Virus record (IMG/VR): IMGVR_UViG_3300034410_000589
Coordinates: 9,459-73,458 of that record
DNA from: a virus
Taxonomy: Duplodnaviria > Caudoviricetes
DNA: 64,000 nucleotides
Direction: 5' to 3' (one strand)
Below, piece by piece: positions 53,770-63,220 of the stretch. The notes under the pieces are model-generated. The model was given only the letters and a program-made list of their open reading frames with translations, did no database searches and was not told the origin of the DNA. The position numbers and the translations under genes are program-made. Each line of letters opens with the position of its first letter. The stretch's first letter is position 1.

Positions 53770-54750
53770 TTATTTGCCGACTACAGATTTCTTGTTGTCA
53801 GCTGCTTCTGGCTTCCCTTTTTTCTCTGCACCGTGACCTGGTTCTGATTTACCAGCTTTAGACGCTTTACCGCCTGGTACATTGATGTTTCCGCCGTCTT
53901 GGTCTTTTGCGTTCAGATCGCCTAGACCAGCATGGTCACCACTTCCTGCTTCTCCGCCTTTAGCGATGTTAGCTGAAGTACCACCCATGTTATTTGCACT
54001 TGCTACTGGTGACTTTCCGCTGTCGCCATTGTCGCCTGTGCTTTTCTTTTCTGCGCCGTGTCCGCTTGCTACTTTGTCAACGTACTCACGCATTTGTTCT
54101 CTGTCTGATTTTGGTGTTGCTGCTTCGTCAACTTCTTCTTCTGAAGCTTCGTCAACTTCTTCATCAGTAGCTTCATCAACTTCTTCGTCTGATGCTTCGT
54201 CTACTTCTTCGTCAGTTGCTTCAAATGCAAACGCTTCTTCTTCAGGTGCTTCTTCACCTTCTTCGTCATCGCCTTCGCCTTCTTCGTCACCCATCATTTT
54301 TTCAAATTCTGCTTTTAGGTCATCAAGTGCATCTTCTAGATCAACAACACGGTCTTCAAGCTCTTCTTCGCCTTCTTCACCTTCTTCGTCGTCACCTTTT
54401 TCAATGTCACCTAACATGTCGTCTACTGGATCTCCGCCCATTTCAGGCTCACCTTCGACTTCAAATTCGTCTAGATCAAAGTTTTCGTCTACTTCTTCGT
54501 CACTTGACTCATCAACTTCTTCATCACTTGACTCATCTACTTCTTCGTCAGTAGCTTCATCAACTTCTTCGTCAGTTGTTTCTTCGACTTCTTTGTCTTC
54601 TTCTTCAATTTCAATATCTGATTCAATTAGATTTGCATAGATGTCTCTTGACTTCTCTACAACAATTTCGTGGAATAGTTCTTCTGCACCGGCTTTGTCT
54701 TCATTAACAAGACGCTCGAGCATTTCTTCGAACTTATTTTTATCTGCCAT
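53770..54750 (-). CDS. Highly acidic prohead core protein (positional equivalent of T4 gp67/gp68)
   Basis: E/D-rich with EATDEEVD repeats; first gene of the head operon, behind a strong promoter and SD. Confidence 0.6.
   Translation of the reverse strand: MADKNKFEEMLERLVNEDKAGAEELFHEIVVEKSRDIYANLIESDIEIEEEDKEVEETTDEEVDEATDEEVDESSDEEVDESSDEEVDENFDLDEFEVEGEPEMGGDPVDDMLGDIEKGDDEEGEEGEEELEDRVVDLEDALDDLKAEFEKMMGDEEGEGDDEEGEEAPEEEAFAFEATDEEVDEASDEEVDEATDEEVDEASEEEVDEAATPKSDREQMREYVDKVASGHGAEKKSTGDNGDSGKSPVASANNMGGTSANIAKGGEAGSGDHAGLGDLNAKDQDGGNINVPGGKASKAGKSEPGHGAEKKGKPEAADNKKSVVGK
54121..54590. repeat. Two tandem arrays of a 24-nt coding repeat (E-A/S-T/S-D-E-E-V-D)
   Basis: About four units near 54125-54220 and four near 54485-54590, inside the acidic core gene. 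Confidence 0.8.
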
Positions 54751-54796
54751 TTTGTTTCTCCTATAAAAGTTTTACCTATGGTAAGGCTGTCATTTG

Positions 54797-54811
54797 TATT
54801 TACTATTTATA
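54797..54811 (-). promoter_or_regulatory. Tandem late promoter TATAAATA/AGTAAATA driving the head operon
   Basis: Perfect TATAAATA at 54804-54811 overlapping AGTAAATA at 54797-54804, upstream of AGGAGA and ATG 54750. Confidence 0.75.
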
Positions 54812-54853
54812 CGGAAATGTATGTAGATATAGGCTCAAAACGAGCCGTTTTCG

Positions 54854-55573
54854 CTAGGATTGCGAGATTTCGAAGATTTTCTTGAAATCTTCAAGCTCTA
54901 TTGTACTAAAGTTCTCAAAATTATTTAGTTCAATTGGCTGATAATTATCTGGTGCTATAACTCTTATAAAGTTAGTTTTTTTATTATCTCTTATAACTGT
55001 TTTGGTTTGTCGTAACCAATTACCGTAGAATGTAGCACCTTCGTTGCTTCTTTTGTAATTTTTAGTGTCAGCATATAAATTATTAAATTTACTATGATCA
55101 TCTAAACCTTTGTAATCAAATCCTAATATATAAATGTTATCATACTCGTGTTCAGCCGCTAGCCATAATGCTGTAGGACCACTTGACCATCCTTTACTAG
55201 GTTGAAAGTAGTTAATATTCTTTAATTCAGTGTATGCTTTGTTGTGATTAGTCCAAACAGTGTTTGTATTAGGATAACCGCTTCTAGATATCTCTAATAT
55301 CATTTTTACATCTACAGCAATTAGATAATCAGGAGCAAAAGTTCTATATAGTGCATTACATCCGTAAGTTACACCTAGTTTTGCTAATTGTTCCGGCTCT
55401 ATAGAAGCTCTACTTACACCGTTACCTAATACAAAGGCAGTTTTACTGTCTTTATTTTTTATAGACCGTGTTATTTGTTCTTTTTGTTTTTTGAGTTGTT
55501 TTTCTAGTCTACGTCTGTTGCGTATTACTAGCCATTCTTCTTTTGTATAAAGAGACTTATCAATTTTGGCCAT
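54854..55573 (-). CDS. DUF115/MAF_flag10 or CstII-like glycosyltransferase-fold protein
   Basis: AFVLGNGVSR...YGCNALYR...DYLIAVD...SSGPTAL.LA...IYILGFD. Confidence 0.55.
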   Translation of the reverse strand: MAKIDKSLYTKEEWLVIRNRRRLEKQLKKQKEQITRSIKNKDSKTAFVLGNGVSRASIEPEQLAKLGVTYGCNALYRTFAPDYLIAVDVKMILEISRSGYPNTNTVWTNHNKAYTELKNINYFQPSKGWSSGPTALWLAAEHEYDNIYILGFDYKGLDDHSKFNNLYADTKNYKRSNEGATFYGNWLRQTKTVIRDNKKTNFIRVIAPDNYQPIELNNFENFSTIELEDFKKIFEISQS

Positions 55574-55575
55574 TA

Positions 55576-55824
55576 TTAAACACCACCAGCCTCCGCTTGT
55601 GATGCTATGCCATACATTTGACGTACAAAATCTAATTCATTTTGCATTTCTTCGTGGTGTGTTTCTGATGCTTTTCTTATTCTATTAATTTGACCTAGTG
55701 TAAGTCTAGTTTTTCTTGTGTCTGTTGCCTTAACCGGTGATTGATCATGCTCGGGCTCGTAGACTTTATCCTCTACAGGCTCAAGTGTTTCTCTATCAAA
55801 ATAAAATAATTCTCTAAGTATCAT
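55576..55824 (-). CDS. Small hypothetical late protein (start corrected to MILRELF at 55824)
   Basis: TATAAATA (55829-55836) lies 4 nt upstream; the track's longer start overlaps the portal gene; RKTRLTL.QINRIRK motif. Confidence 0.65.
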   Translation of the reverse strand: MILRELFYFDRETLEPVEDKVYEPEHDQSPVKATDTRKTRLTLGQINRIRKASETHHEEMQNELDFVRQMYGIASQAEAGGV

Positions 55825-55831
55825 ATTGTAT

Positions 55832-57583
55832 TTATACCGTTTGGTCAGTTGTTGGCGTTGCACCTGCGCCTAAATCGGTTCCTGTTGTTGTATCTGGCGG
55901 TGTTGCATCTCCGCCGTCTTCTGATGGTACAGTAGCGTCTTCATCTTCCATGCCGCCTAAGTCTGCTTCCATTCCTGCTCCTGAAATACCTCCACCGCGC
56001 ATTTCGCCTGCGGCATCTGTTGATGGTGTTTCAAGATTCTCGTCATTTTCTTCTCTCCACAGTCTTTCGTTCTCAGCAATCTCTTCTTCTGTCATTCCTA
56101 AGAAACGTTTAAGTGCAAATCTATTTGAAATATAAGGAATAGCACTCATTTGTGTGTATGTTGGTACACGAGCATTGTCAACTTCGCTTTGTCTATACGA
56201 TGCAAAGTTCTGTGGTGGTTGGAAAATAAGGTCAAACATTGATGTATCAACGTTCATGCCTTTTTCTAACAAGTACTTTTTAAATTCTTTGTCAAATTCT
56301 TCAATGAGCATACCTTGTAAACGTTCACAGTATGTATTAAATCTTAATTCTTGAATATATGCTGTTCCGACTCTACCGTCATTGTACTGACTACTTGCAT
56401 CTTCAGCCCCTGTAGGCAGGTATGAGCTAGGAATTCGTAAACCGCGTACGAGCTTATTAGTAAAATATCTAAGGTCATCAATTTCTCCTAAATTTGTACC
56501 ACCGGGTAACGTTTCTACTTTAGAACCACGTCCTTCTGCTGTTTGCGGAAAGAAGTAATCTTCATTAATACTTAACGGGTTGTAACTACTGTCTATAACA
56601 TTGGTACCCCCGCCTGATTGGCTTGGAATACGTCTTTGGTGAATCTCAGTTTTTACACGTTCTACGAATTGCATAGCAAGGTGACTAGGCATATTACCTA
56701 CGTCAACATAGAAAACACGTCTTTCAGGAGCACGTTGTACTCTGTATATAATGATTGCGTCTTCTAATAGTTCTTTTTGCTTGTATACTTTGAATATTGT
56801 TTCTAGTAATGAATTACCAAAAGGATAATTGTTATCTAAACCTTCGCTCATACTTAAATGTACAACGTGTTTAGCATCAACAGCAATCTCTGACTCTTCT
56901 CTACTCCACCTAGTACCTGCTTGGCCACCGCTATTGGCTCCTATGTGACCTTTACCAGCACTTGCACTTTGGTAACTACCCATTCCGCCATTGTTAATTT
57001 GACCGTTTGTTTGATGTGGAGTAGTTGCTACTAGCTCTCCAAAGTTTAAATTGAAATCTTTTACAATATATTGCTCAGGAGTTTTACCTTCTGATTCATT
57101 TACAATAATTTTTGTTAGGTTTGCTGCATCTACATGATACAACTTTGCAGTTTCTGGATCTCTAATAAAAATTTGATCTCCGTACTTAAATGCATTACGG
57201 ATTAATCTAAACATACGTGTTTCAAACTTATTAAGTTTGCACCATTGTTGTAGATATTTTTGTAAAATGGTTGTTTCTGAGTTTGTTGCTTTTTGTTTAA
57301 AGCTCAATGCAAAGTTTGTACCGTTCTGATCATTTTTTTGAGTACAAAATTCAGCAAGAATGTCTAGTGCCGCATTAACTTCTGAATCACTATCCATTGT
57401 ATTGTATTGTCCATAGCGTTCAACACGGTTAGGACTACCAACATATACATCAGGTAGATGTGAATTATAGTTTTTAGTTGCAGGACCTGGCTGAAGTCCA
57501 CCGTTAGAATTGCTAAACGGACTATAACTTCCTTCTGCGTTAGTACCCGTTGGTACTGGTGTAAAGTATTTTTTCCAGCTCAT
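55832..57583 (-). CDS. gp20: Portal vertex protein, T4 gp20-like
   Basis: LLEDAIIIYRVQRAPERRVFYVDVGNMP..A...EDYFFP...GRGSKVETLPGG.NLGEIDD..YF..KL..GLRIP.SYL. Confidence 0.95.
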   Translation of the reverse strand: MSWKKYFTPVPTGTNAEGSYSPFSNSNGGLQPGPATKNYNSHLPDVYVGSPNRVERYGQYNTMDSDSEVNAALDILAEFCTQKNDQNGTNFALSFKQKATNSETTILQKYLQQWCKLNKFETRMFRLIRNAFKYGDQIFIRDPETAKLYHVDAANLTKIIVNESEGKTPEQYIVKDFNLNFGELVATTPHQTNGQINNGGMGSYQSASAGKGHIGANSGGQAGTRWSREESEIAVDAKHVVHLSMSEGLDNNYPFGNSLLETIFKVYKQKELLEDAIIIYRVQRAPERRVFYVDVGNMPSHLAMQFVERVKTEIHQRRIPSQSGGGTNVIDSSYNPLSINEDYFFPQTAEGRGSKVETLPGGTNLGEIDDLRYFTNKLVRGLRIPSSYLPTGAEDASSQYNDGRVGTAYIQELRFNTYCERLQGMLIEEFDKEFKKYLLEKGMNVDTSMFDLIFQPPQNFASYRQSEVDNARVPTYTQMSAIPYISNRFALKRFLGMTEEEIAENERLWREENDENLETPSTDAAGEMRGGGISGAGMEADLGGMEDEDATVPSEDGGDATPPDTTTGTDLGAGATPTTDQTV

Positions 57584-57591
57584 CGTTATCC

Positions 57592-60285
57592 TTAATCAAC
57601 TAACTCTTGCGTTAGGCGTTTGTGTGCTGTATTAACGTCTCTAATTTGAATTAAAGTGTCATTCATTGCACCTAGTGTTGTATTTAACTGATTTGCAACT
57701 TCTTGGCCCATTCCTGAACCCATATTCTTAATTACATCAGCAGCCGCTGTACCTGATCCACCACCAAATAGGCCTTTGTTGTCCTCTGCTAGTGCTTTAT
57801 TCATGTCTTCCAGCGACCTTGCTATTTCTTGCATATGTCTATTATACTGTGAAAGCTCATTAATGTCAAGATCTTTTTGTATTGCATTTACATTGGCGGC
57901 AAAATTCTCTAAATTGTTGATTCTTTCAAAAGCACCAGCAACTCTTTCCATTCCTGCGCCTATACCGCTCATTTTTTCTAATCTTTGTATAGCTTCTGGA
58001 GTTAATCCAAGGTTTTCGGCCATATCATTTTGAGAAGCTGACGGAGATCCATCTTCATCAGCACTTCCTATTGCTCTACCTGCGGCACTTCCGCCAAAAT
58101 AACCTAGTGTACCACCAATTAATCCACCTATTGCTGTACCAATAACAGGAACAACTGAACCTAAAGCGGCTCCAGCAGCTGCTCCTGCAAGTCCGCCTGC
58201 CATTCCGCCGCCAGTTGCGGCATATTCTTCAGTTTTTTGTGCGTCTGATAGTTCATTGTTTTGTGATGTGCTATACATGTCATAAGCACCAAACAATAGT
58301 GCTAACGGACCTAATCTTCTTAATGCTTGTTTGCCTATACCTGCAGCTGTTGCTCCTGCACCTGTTGCTGTTGCTGTTGCTGCACCTGTGGCAGCTCCTC
58401 CGCCGAGTCGAGCTGCGGCTTTTGTGCCTAAACTGCCTGCTAATGACGTTGCGCCTGCGGCTAATGCACTAACTACAGCTTTGGCCGCAAACAATCCACC
58501 TATAGCAAGTACTAAGCCACCTATAACATCTGGATCTGTAAATATAGCCTTGAAGCCATCTTTAATTCCTGTTGCCAATGCACTACCTATTGGCGCTAGT
58601 ACACTTCCTATAAGTCCTTTTTTCTCGCCATCTTCACTACCAAACAATGCTTCTTTAATTGCTTTGCCAGGATCTTCGCCGAATGCTTTAAAAAATTCTT
58701 GTAATTTTGGTGTAACTGTTTCTGTTAGATATGTGCTAAACCCTTCTAGTGCTGTTTGGAACGGAGCAGCTGATCCTTCTTCACCTACAAACCCAGTGAA
58801 CCACTCTGTCATACTATTTAAGGCTGGTGTTAGTGTTTCTACTATTGGATTAATAAAGTTATCTGTTAGTGCTTTCTTTGCATTGCCAACAGCAGTTAAA
58901 AATTCACCCATTGCATTTAGTTCGCCGTCTTTTGGTGGTACTGCTTTTGAAGCTTCCATATCTTCTATAAACTTATCTCTTGCAAATACTAGTCCCGAAC
59001 CTGTATCAGTAAAGTATTTTCCTATCTTATCAGTCTGTCCTTCAAACAATGCTGATATTTCTCCTGGTATTCCTTCACCACCTGCGGCTGCAAGTGCAAG
59101 TATTCCTTCTAAGTCGCCTGCCGCGGCTACTTGTGCTTCTAAGTAATCGGCCATTCTGTCAGATTGTCCGGCAGCAAATTGTTCTTGTGTAACAGAAGTA
59201 TCAAGTGCTTTTTGTAACATAGCACTAACTAAGTTTGCATTTTCACTTTGTGTTGCTGTAAACATTTGAAGCTCTCTTGTTACCGGAGGCATCCCTAAAA
59301 ATTCTGCTTTTAATGCATCAACAGCAACTTTACCGCCAGTGGCCTGCGCCTCAGCCATTGCAGCATTTAATTTTTCTCTTTCATCTTTATCAAGTTTTGC
59401 TAATTCCATCTGGAATGCTATGTCCATTTGTGCTTGTGCAAGTTTATCTTGTTGTGTTTTAATATCTTCGCCTGTTAACTTTGAAAGTGTTAACATATTC
59501 TTTGTCAAACTAGCAGCTGCTTCTGCTTGTGCCGCTCTATCTTGTACTTCGCTTCTTGAACCTGCTCTATTTAAATAAGCACTCAAACTCATCTGTTCAT
59601 TTACTTGTTCCATTGACAAACCCATGGATTGTAATTGTATAAGCATGTCTGAACCAAGGGCATCTGTCATTCCTGCAACTTTCCTAGCACCTTGTGTTAC
59701 AGTGCCACCAAACCCTGCCATCATTTGAGTGTTTTGAGCAACCATTGCGCTAAACTCTTCTAATGGTAAACGTGCCTCGGCGGCTGTTGATCTTAAATCT
59801 GATAAACTATAACCAAAATCAGCACCTGCTGTAGCCATTGATTGGAATGATTGATAACTTCTATCAAGTATTCCGGTGAACATTGTTAAAGTTGAGCCAA
59901 CTAATGGTATATGTTGTGCAAAACTTGATAAACTGTCACCGCCTGTTAATAATTCGTCAGCAAAACCTTTTAATCCGCCAATAGCTGCACCTATACCTGC
60001 TGATGCAAGTTTAAACAAGCCACTGCCCATGAGGTTTAGGTACTTGGTATTGTCTTTTACAGCGTCAGTGTTGTCTTCTACAGCATCTCTATGCTTAGTT
60101 GATACTTTAACACCTTCTTTTTGTGCGTCATTGTAGGCTTTTTGTGTTTTAGCTCCCTGCGATTTAGGGTCAGCACCAGTTTTGCTGGCCATTTTTTCCA
60201 TAGCCGTAACTAATCGAGCAAGTGTTACTTCGCTTGCAACACCGTTCTCGCCACCTACATTTTCAATTCTAATTTCGTCAGCCAC
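57592..60285 (-). CDS. Tape-measure-like tail protein (GTG start)
   Basis: 897 aa, helical and A/G-rich with hydrophobic segments and a C-terminal glycine zipper (GGLAGAAAGAALGS..PVIGTAIGGLIGG); adjacent to a gp26-like chaperone gene. Confidence 0.65.
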   Translation of the reverse strand: MADEIRIENVGGENGVASEVTLARLVTAMEKMASKTGADPKSQGAKTQKAYNDAQKEGVKVSTKHRDAVEDNTDAVKDNTKYLNLMGSGLFKLASAGIGAAIGGLKGFADELLTGGDSLSSFAQHIPLVGSTLTMFTGILDRSYQSFQSMATAGADFGYSLSDLRSTAAEARLPLEEFSAMVAQNTQMMAGFGGTVTQGARKVAGMTDALGSDMLIQLQSMGLSMEQVNEQMSLSAYLNRAGSRSEVQDRAAQAEAAASLTKNMLTLSKLTGEDIKTQQDKLAQAQMDIAFQMELAKLDKDEREKLNAAMAEAQATGGKVAVDALKAEFLGMPPVTRELQMFTATQSENANLVSAMLQKALDTSVTQEQFAAGQSDRMADYLEAQVAAAGDLEGILALAAAGGEGIPGEISALFEGQTDKIGKYFTDTGSGLVFARDKFIEDMEASKAVPPKDGELNAMGEFLTAVGNAKKALTDNFINPIVETLTPALNSMTEWFTGFVGEEGSAAPFQTALEGFSTYLTETVTPKLQEFFKAFGEDPGKAIKEALFGSEDGEKKGLIGSVLAPIGSALATGIKDGFKAIFTDPDVIGGLVLAIGGLFAAKAVVSALAAGATSLAGSLGTKAAARLGGGAATGAATATATGAGATAAGIGKQALRRLGPLALLFGAYDMYSTSQNNELSDAQKTEEYAATGGGMAGGLAGAAAGAALGSVVPVIGTAIGGLIGGTLGYFGGSAAGRAIGSADEDGSPSASQNDMAENLGLTPEAIQRLEKMSGIGAGMERVAGAFERINNLENFAANVNAIQKDLDINELSQYNRHMQEIARSLEDMNKALAEDNKGLFGGGSGTAAADVIKNMGSGMGQEVANQLNTTLGAMNDTLIQIRDVNTAHKRLTQELVD

Positions 60286-60312
60286 TTATTTTCAGATCCA
60301 GTTAAGTACGTA

Positions 60313-60351
60313 CATAAATATATTTGGTATATACGTTTATATAGTATTTAG
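60313..60351. promoter_or_regulatory. Opposed late-promoter-like motifs CATAAATA (+, 60313-60320) and CTAAATA (-, 60345-60351)
   Basis: The only promoter-like motifs seen in the 78-nt gap between the divergent tape-measure-like and gp26-like genes. Confidence 0.5.
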
Positions 60352-60363
60352 CCAGGAGAAAAA

Positions 60364-61218
60364 ATGGAAAACCAAAAAAACAATCCGTTACAGAAATATT
60401 TTAGACAACCGAAAATATATCTCACTTTACCAAGTGGCGGAAAATTTTACCCTGCGGGAAGTCTAGAAGTATCTGAAAGCGGAGAATATCCAGTATTTCC
60501 AATGACGGCTAGGGATGAAATAATGATAAAAACACCAGACGCTTTACTTAACGGAGAAGCGACTGTTGCTGTTATTAAGAGTTGTATACCAGCGATCCTT
60601 GATCCGTGGAATATGCCTTCAATGGATCTTGATGCATGTTTGATTGCAATTAGGATTGCAACGTATGGCGAAAAAATGGAGATTAGTATTAAGACTCCTG
60701 TAACAGGTGATGAAAAAGACTTTGATTTAGATCTACGAATTATGTTAGATCAATTTTCAAATGTAGAGTATATTAGTACAGTAGACTTAGGCGAGTTAAA
60801 AGTTAACTTGCGTCCTTTAACTTATGGAGAGTTTACAGAAACTAGTAAAAAAACATTTGAAGAACAAAGAATATTTCAAATTCTAAACAGAGACGATGTA
60901 AGCGAAGGCGACAAACTTGCAACATTTAATACAAGTTTTAAAAAATTAACAGACCTTACTATTGCAACACTTGAAAAATCAATTGCATCAATTGAAATAG
61001 GCGACGATGTTGTTACTGACAAAGAACACATTAAAGAGTTTATTGCAAACACTGACAAAACATTATTTGAAAGAGTTACTGATCATGTTGAAGTGCAAAG
61101 ATCACAATTTCAAGTTAAGCCGTTAATAGTAGATGCAACTCCGGAAGAATTAGAAAAAGGAGTACCTGCAACATATGAGGTTCCTGTTTCATTCGATCAA
61201 GCAAATTTTTTCGTATAA
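60364..61218 (+). CDS. gp26: Baseplate hub assembly/tail assembly chaperone, T4 gp26-like
   Basis: NPL..YFRQP..Y..LPS.G.FY...PMTA.DE....PDAL...IRIATYG...L.LRP pattern; AGGAG SD. Confidence 0.7.
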   Translation: MENQKNNPLQKYFRQPKIYLTLPSGGKFYPAGSLEVSESGEYPVFPMTARDEIMIKTPDALLNGEATVAVIKSCIPAILDPWNMPSMDLDACLIAIRIATYGEKMEISIKTPVTGDEKDFDLDLRIMLDQFSNVEYISTVDLGELKVNLRPLTYGEFTETSKKTFEEQRIFQILNRDDVSEGDKLATFNTSFKKLTDLTIATLEKSIASIEIGDDVVTDKEHIKEFIANTDKTLFERVTDHVEVQRSQFQVKPLIVDATPEELEKGVPATYEVPVSFDQANFFV

Positions 61219-61267
61219 GGATATTAGCCCTACCAACGAAACAGATTCTTCACGAAGTTGATATCCT
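61206..61267 (+). other. Candidate programmed -1 ribosomal frameshift signal (T TTT TTC, 5-nt spacer, 11-bp stem)
   Basis: Heptamer 61206-61212 is in the correct phase; AGGATATTAGC (61218-61228) pairs with GTTGATATCCT (61257-61267); the -1 frame is open to TAA at 61440-61442. Confidence 0.65.
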
Positions 61268-61286
61268 AGAAAAAGAAGTGAAGGAG

Positions 61287-61442
61287 ATGCGTTACAATTT
61301 GTTTAAACTCGCATGGCACATGCGTGGATCACTTTCTACGGATGAAGCGTTTGAACTCCCTCCAGAAGATAGAGATATCATTGCTGATATAATTAAAGAA
61401 AATCTTGAAACAACTAAAAAGTCTGGCTTGCCTTATTTCTAA
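61287..61442 (+). CDS. gp51-like small ORF (MRYNLFKLAWHMRGSLSTDEAFELPPEDRDII...GLPYF); probably the C-terminal part of a frameshift fusion; absent from the ORF track
   Basis: Manual translation gives 51 aa; the frame is open from 61206; it follows the gp26-like gene as gp51-like ORFs do in T4-like phages. Confidence 0.65.
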   Translation: MRYNLFKLAWHMRGSLSTDEAFELPPEDRDIIADIIKENLETTKKSGLPYF

Positions 61443-63220
61443 GCAGGTTTCGTAAGCATTTGTTTTACTACGTCTTGTAGTTTTGCTTGCTTAATTTGAT
61501 CTGCTAGAGCAACTAATTTTTCGTTGCTAGGTGCTTGCCCAGGCTTTTGTTTCGGTTGTTGCACTGTACTTGGTTTAAGTTCAACATTTGCTTCTTGACC
61601 AATTTGTGCAATTTGATCATTTGACATACCTGCATCGGAAAGTATATTAACTATTGAACCTGTGTCAGTTGGAGAACCTGCTGACTTCCATGCTTTAAAT
61701 AATTTGTTTGCTGTAACTTTATTGCCCAAGTCTTTGGCTTTTTGTTTAACAGCACCTGCGGCTTTACCTGCAAGTTTTCCTGCGCCACGTTTTAGTTTTG
61801 CACCCATTGTGTTTGGATTGTTTAAAGGTAGTTCACCTTGTGCAGGTGCTTCTGCTAAAAACTGTTCAAAACGTGCTTCCATGTCTATTGATTCTGCTTT
61901 GTCTCCTACAGGACCAAAGTCTGAAAGTTTTTGATTTTTATCAAAATTCTTATCTACTGGCTGAGCCATGCCTCCACCTTTAAGTGCTAGTTCTAGTTGC
62001 TCTTTTTCTTTTGGTGGAATAGATTTTGCTTTTTGTGCAGAATCTACTTTGCTGTCTACAGCGGTCATTGCACCAGTAACAGCAGCCGCTGCTCCTTCGC
62101 CTGATGCTTCAATTGCATTTAACAATTTGTCTAAGTTGTCACTAGCCGCTGACCATTGTTTAACTTGATCAGTTGTCCAACTTTGTTCTGGAATATCTTT
62201 AAGTGCATTCCATAAGCCTGTAAGCTCTTTGTTTTCTTGTGTGATTTCTGCCATAAAGTCATGGAACTCTGCAGCTTCTTTATAATATTCAGGAGTAAAT
62301 GTTGTTGTATCTCTTAGTGCAGCTTCAAACCCTTCAAATTCACTTATTTGTTCTGGTGTTAATATTGTATCATAGTTGTAATAAAAATTGTTTATATTAC
62401 CACTCATGGTCAGTTTAGTTGAACCTTCCAGTACATCTGGAGTAAATCCTTTTTCAGCAAACACAGCATCTTTGGCTGCTGTCATATTTGCTTCTTCAAA
62501 ACTGCCTGCTAGTGCTTCAAGATCAGCATCGCCTGCTGTTGCAATGTTTTCCCAAACAGCATCTGAAATATATCTAAATGCCGCTCCAGCAAGAGCACCA
62601 TATGCTGCTACTTTAGCAGACTTACCTACAGCGGTACTTAATTTTTCACCTTGTAGCAAACCTTTAGTTGAACGTAAGATTAAACCAGCGGCAGCACCAC
62701 CTGCAGGACCACCTGCAAACGCAGCGATTGTTGTTAGTATTGCAACACCTAGTGTTGCTTTGCCTGGATTTTCTTTTGCCCAATTACTAACAGCCTCAAT
62801 ACCTTTAACAACTTTACTGTCGCTGTTTTTTGATTTAATATCTGCTTTTAGTTTTTCAAATTTAGCATCAGCATTTTGTACAGGACCTGCGTCTTGTGCC
62901 ATTTTGCCAAGTTGATTAATTTTTTGATCTATTTTCTTAGCCATGTCTACAGGTAGTTTTGCAATCTTACCTGCTTTGCCTAACATGCTAGTGTTGTTAC
63001 CACCTGCCATTGCTGACTGTTCAGCACCTTTAAATATACTTTTTATTTGATCAGGTGTAAGTGTTGCTTCTGCTAAACGTGTGTATTGTTCTAGCATAGG
63101 CCATAATTCTTTTTCCCAACGGTTTAGATGTACCTGTTGTGCTTCTGTAAGTTCTTGCCAGCTCTCTGTAAGTATTTTTTGTGAACCTGGCGCAAAGGTT
63201 GTTACTTCATTTAACTTCAT
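61439..63220 (-). CDS. Hypothetical virion (possibly internal/ejected) protein, 593 aa
   Basis: MKLNE start, several (I/L)xE sites, and an A/G-rich hydrophobic segment ATLGVAILTTIAAFAGGPAGGAAAGLIL. Confidence 0.6.
   Translation of the reverse strand: MKLNEVTTFAPGSQKILTESWQELTEAQQVHLNRWEKELWPMLEQYTRLAEATLTPDQIKSIFKGAEQSAMAGGNNTSMLGKAGKIAKLPVDMAKKIDQKINQLGKMAQDAGPVQNADAKFEKLKADIKSKNSDSKVVKGIEAVSNWAKENPGKATLGVAILTTIAAFAGGPAGGAAAGLILRSTKGLLQGEKLSTAVGKSAKVAAYGALAGAAFRYISDAVWENIATAGDADLEALAGSFEEANMTAAKDAVFAEKGFTPDVLEGSTKLTMSGNINNFYYNYDTILTPEQISEFEGFEAALRDTTTFTPEYYKEAAEFHDFMAEITQENKELTGLWNALKDIPEQSWTTDQVKQWSAASDNLDKLLNAIEASGEGAAAAVTGAMTAVDSKVDSAQKAKSIPPKEKEQLELALKGGGMAQPVDKNFDKNQKLSDFGPVGDKAESIDMEARFEQFLAEAPAQGELPLNNPNTMGAKLKRGAGKLAGKAAGAVKQKAKDLGNKVTANKLFKAWKSAGSPTDTGSIVNILSDAGMSNDQIAQIGQEANVELKPSTVQQPKQKPGQAPSNEKLVALADQIKQAKLQDVVKQMLTKPA

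Noticed and set aside
53882-54640. 252-aa Ser-rich + strand ORF (and 54192-54554)
   Set aside because: Antisense shadow of the GAA/GAC-rich acidic core gene; low complexity, no SD.
54821-54850. GGCTC-AAAAC-GAGCC hairpin as a terminator
   Set aside because: Only a 5-bp stem and no U-tract on the transcribed (minus) strand; too weak to call.
58331-59146. 271-aa + strand ORF and 62388-62915
   Set aside because: Antisense to Ala/Gly-rich genes (GCN/GGN codons suppress stops); no start signals.
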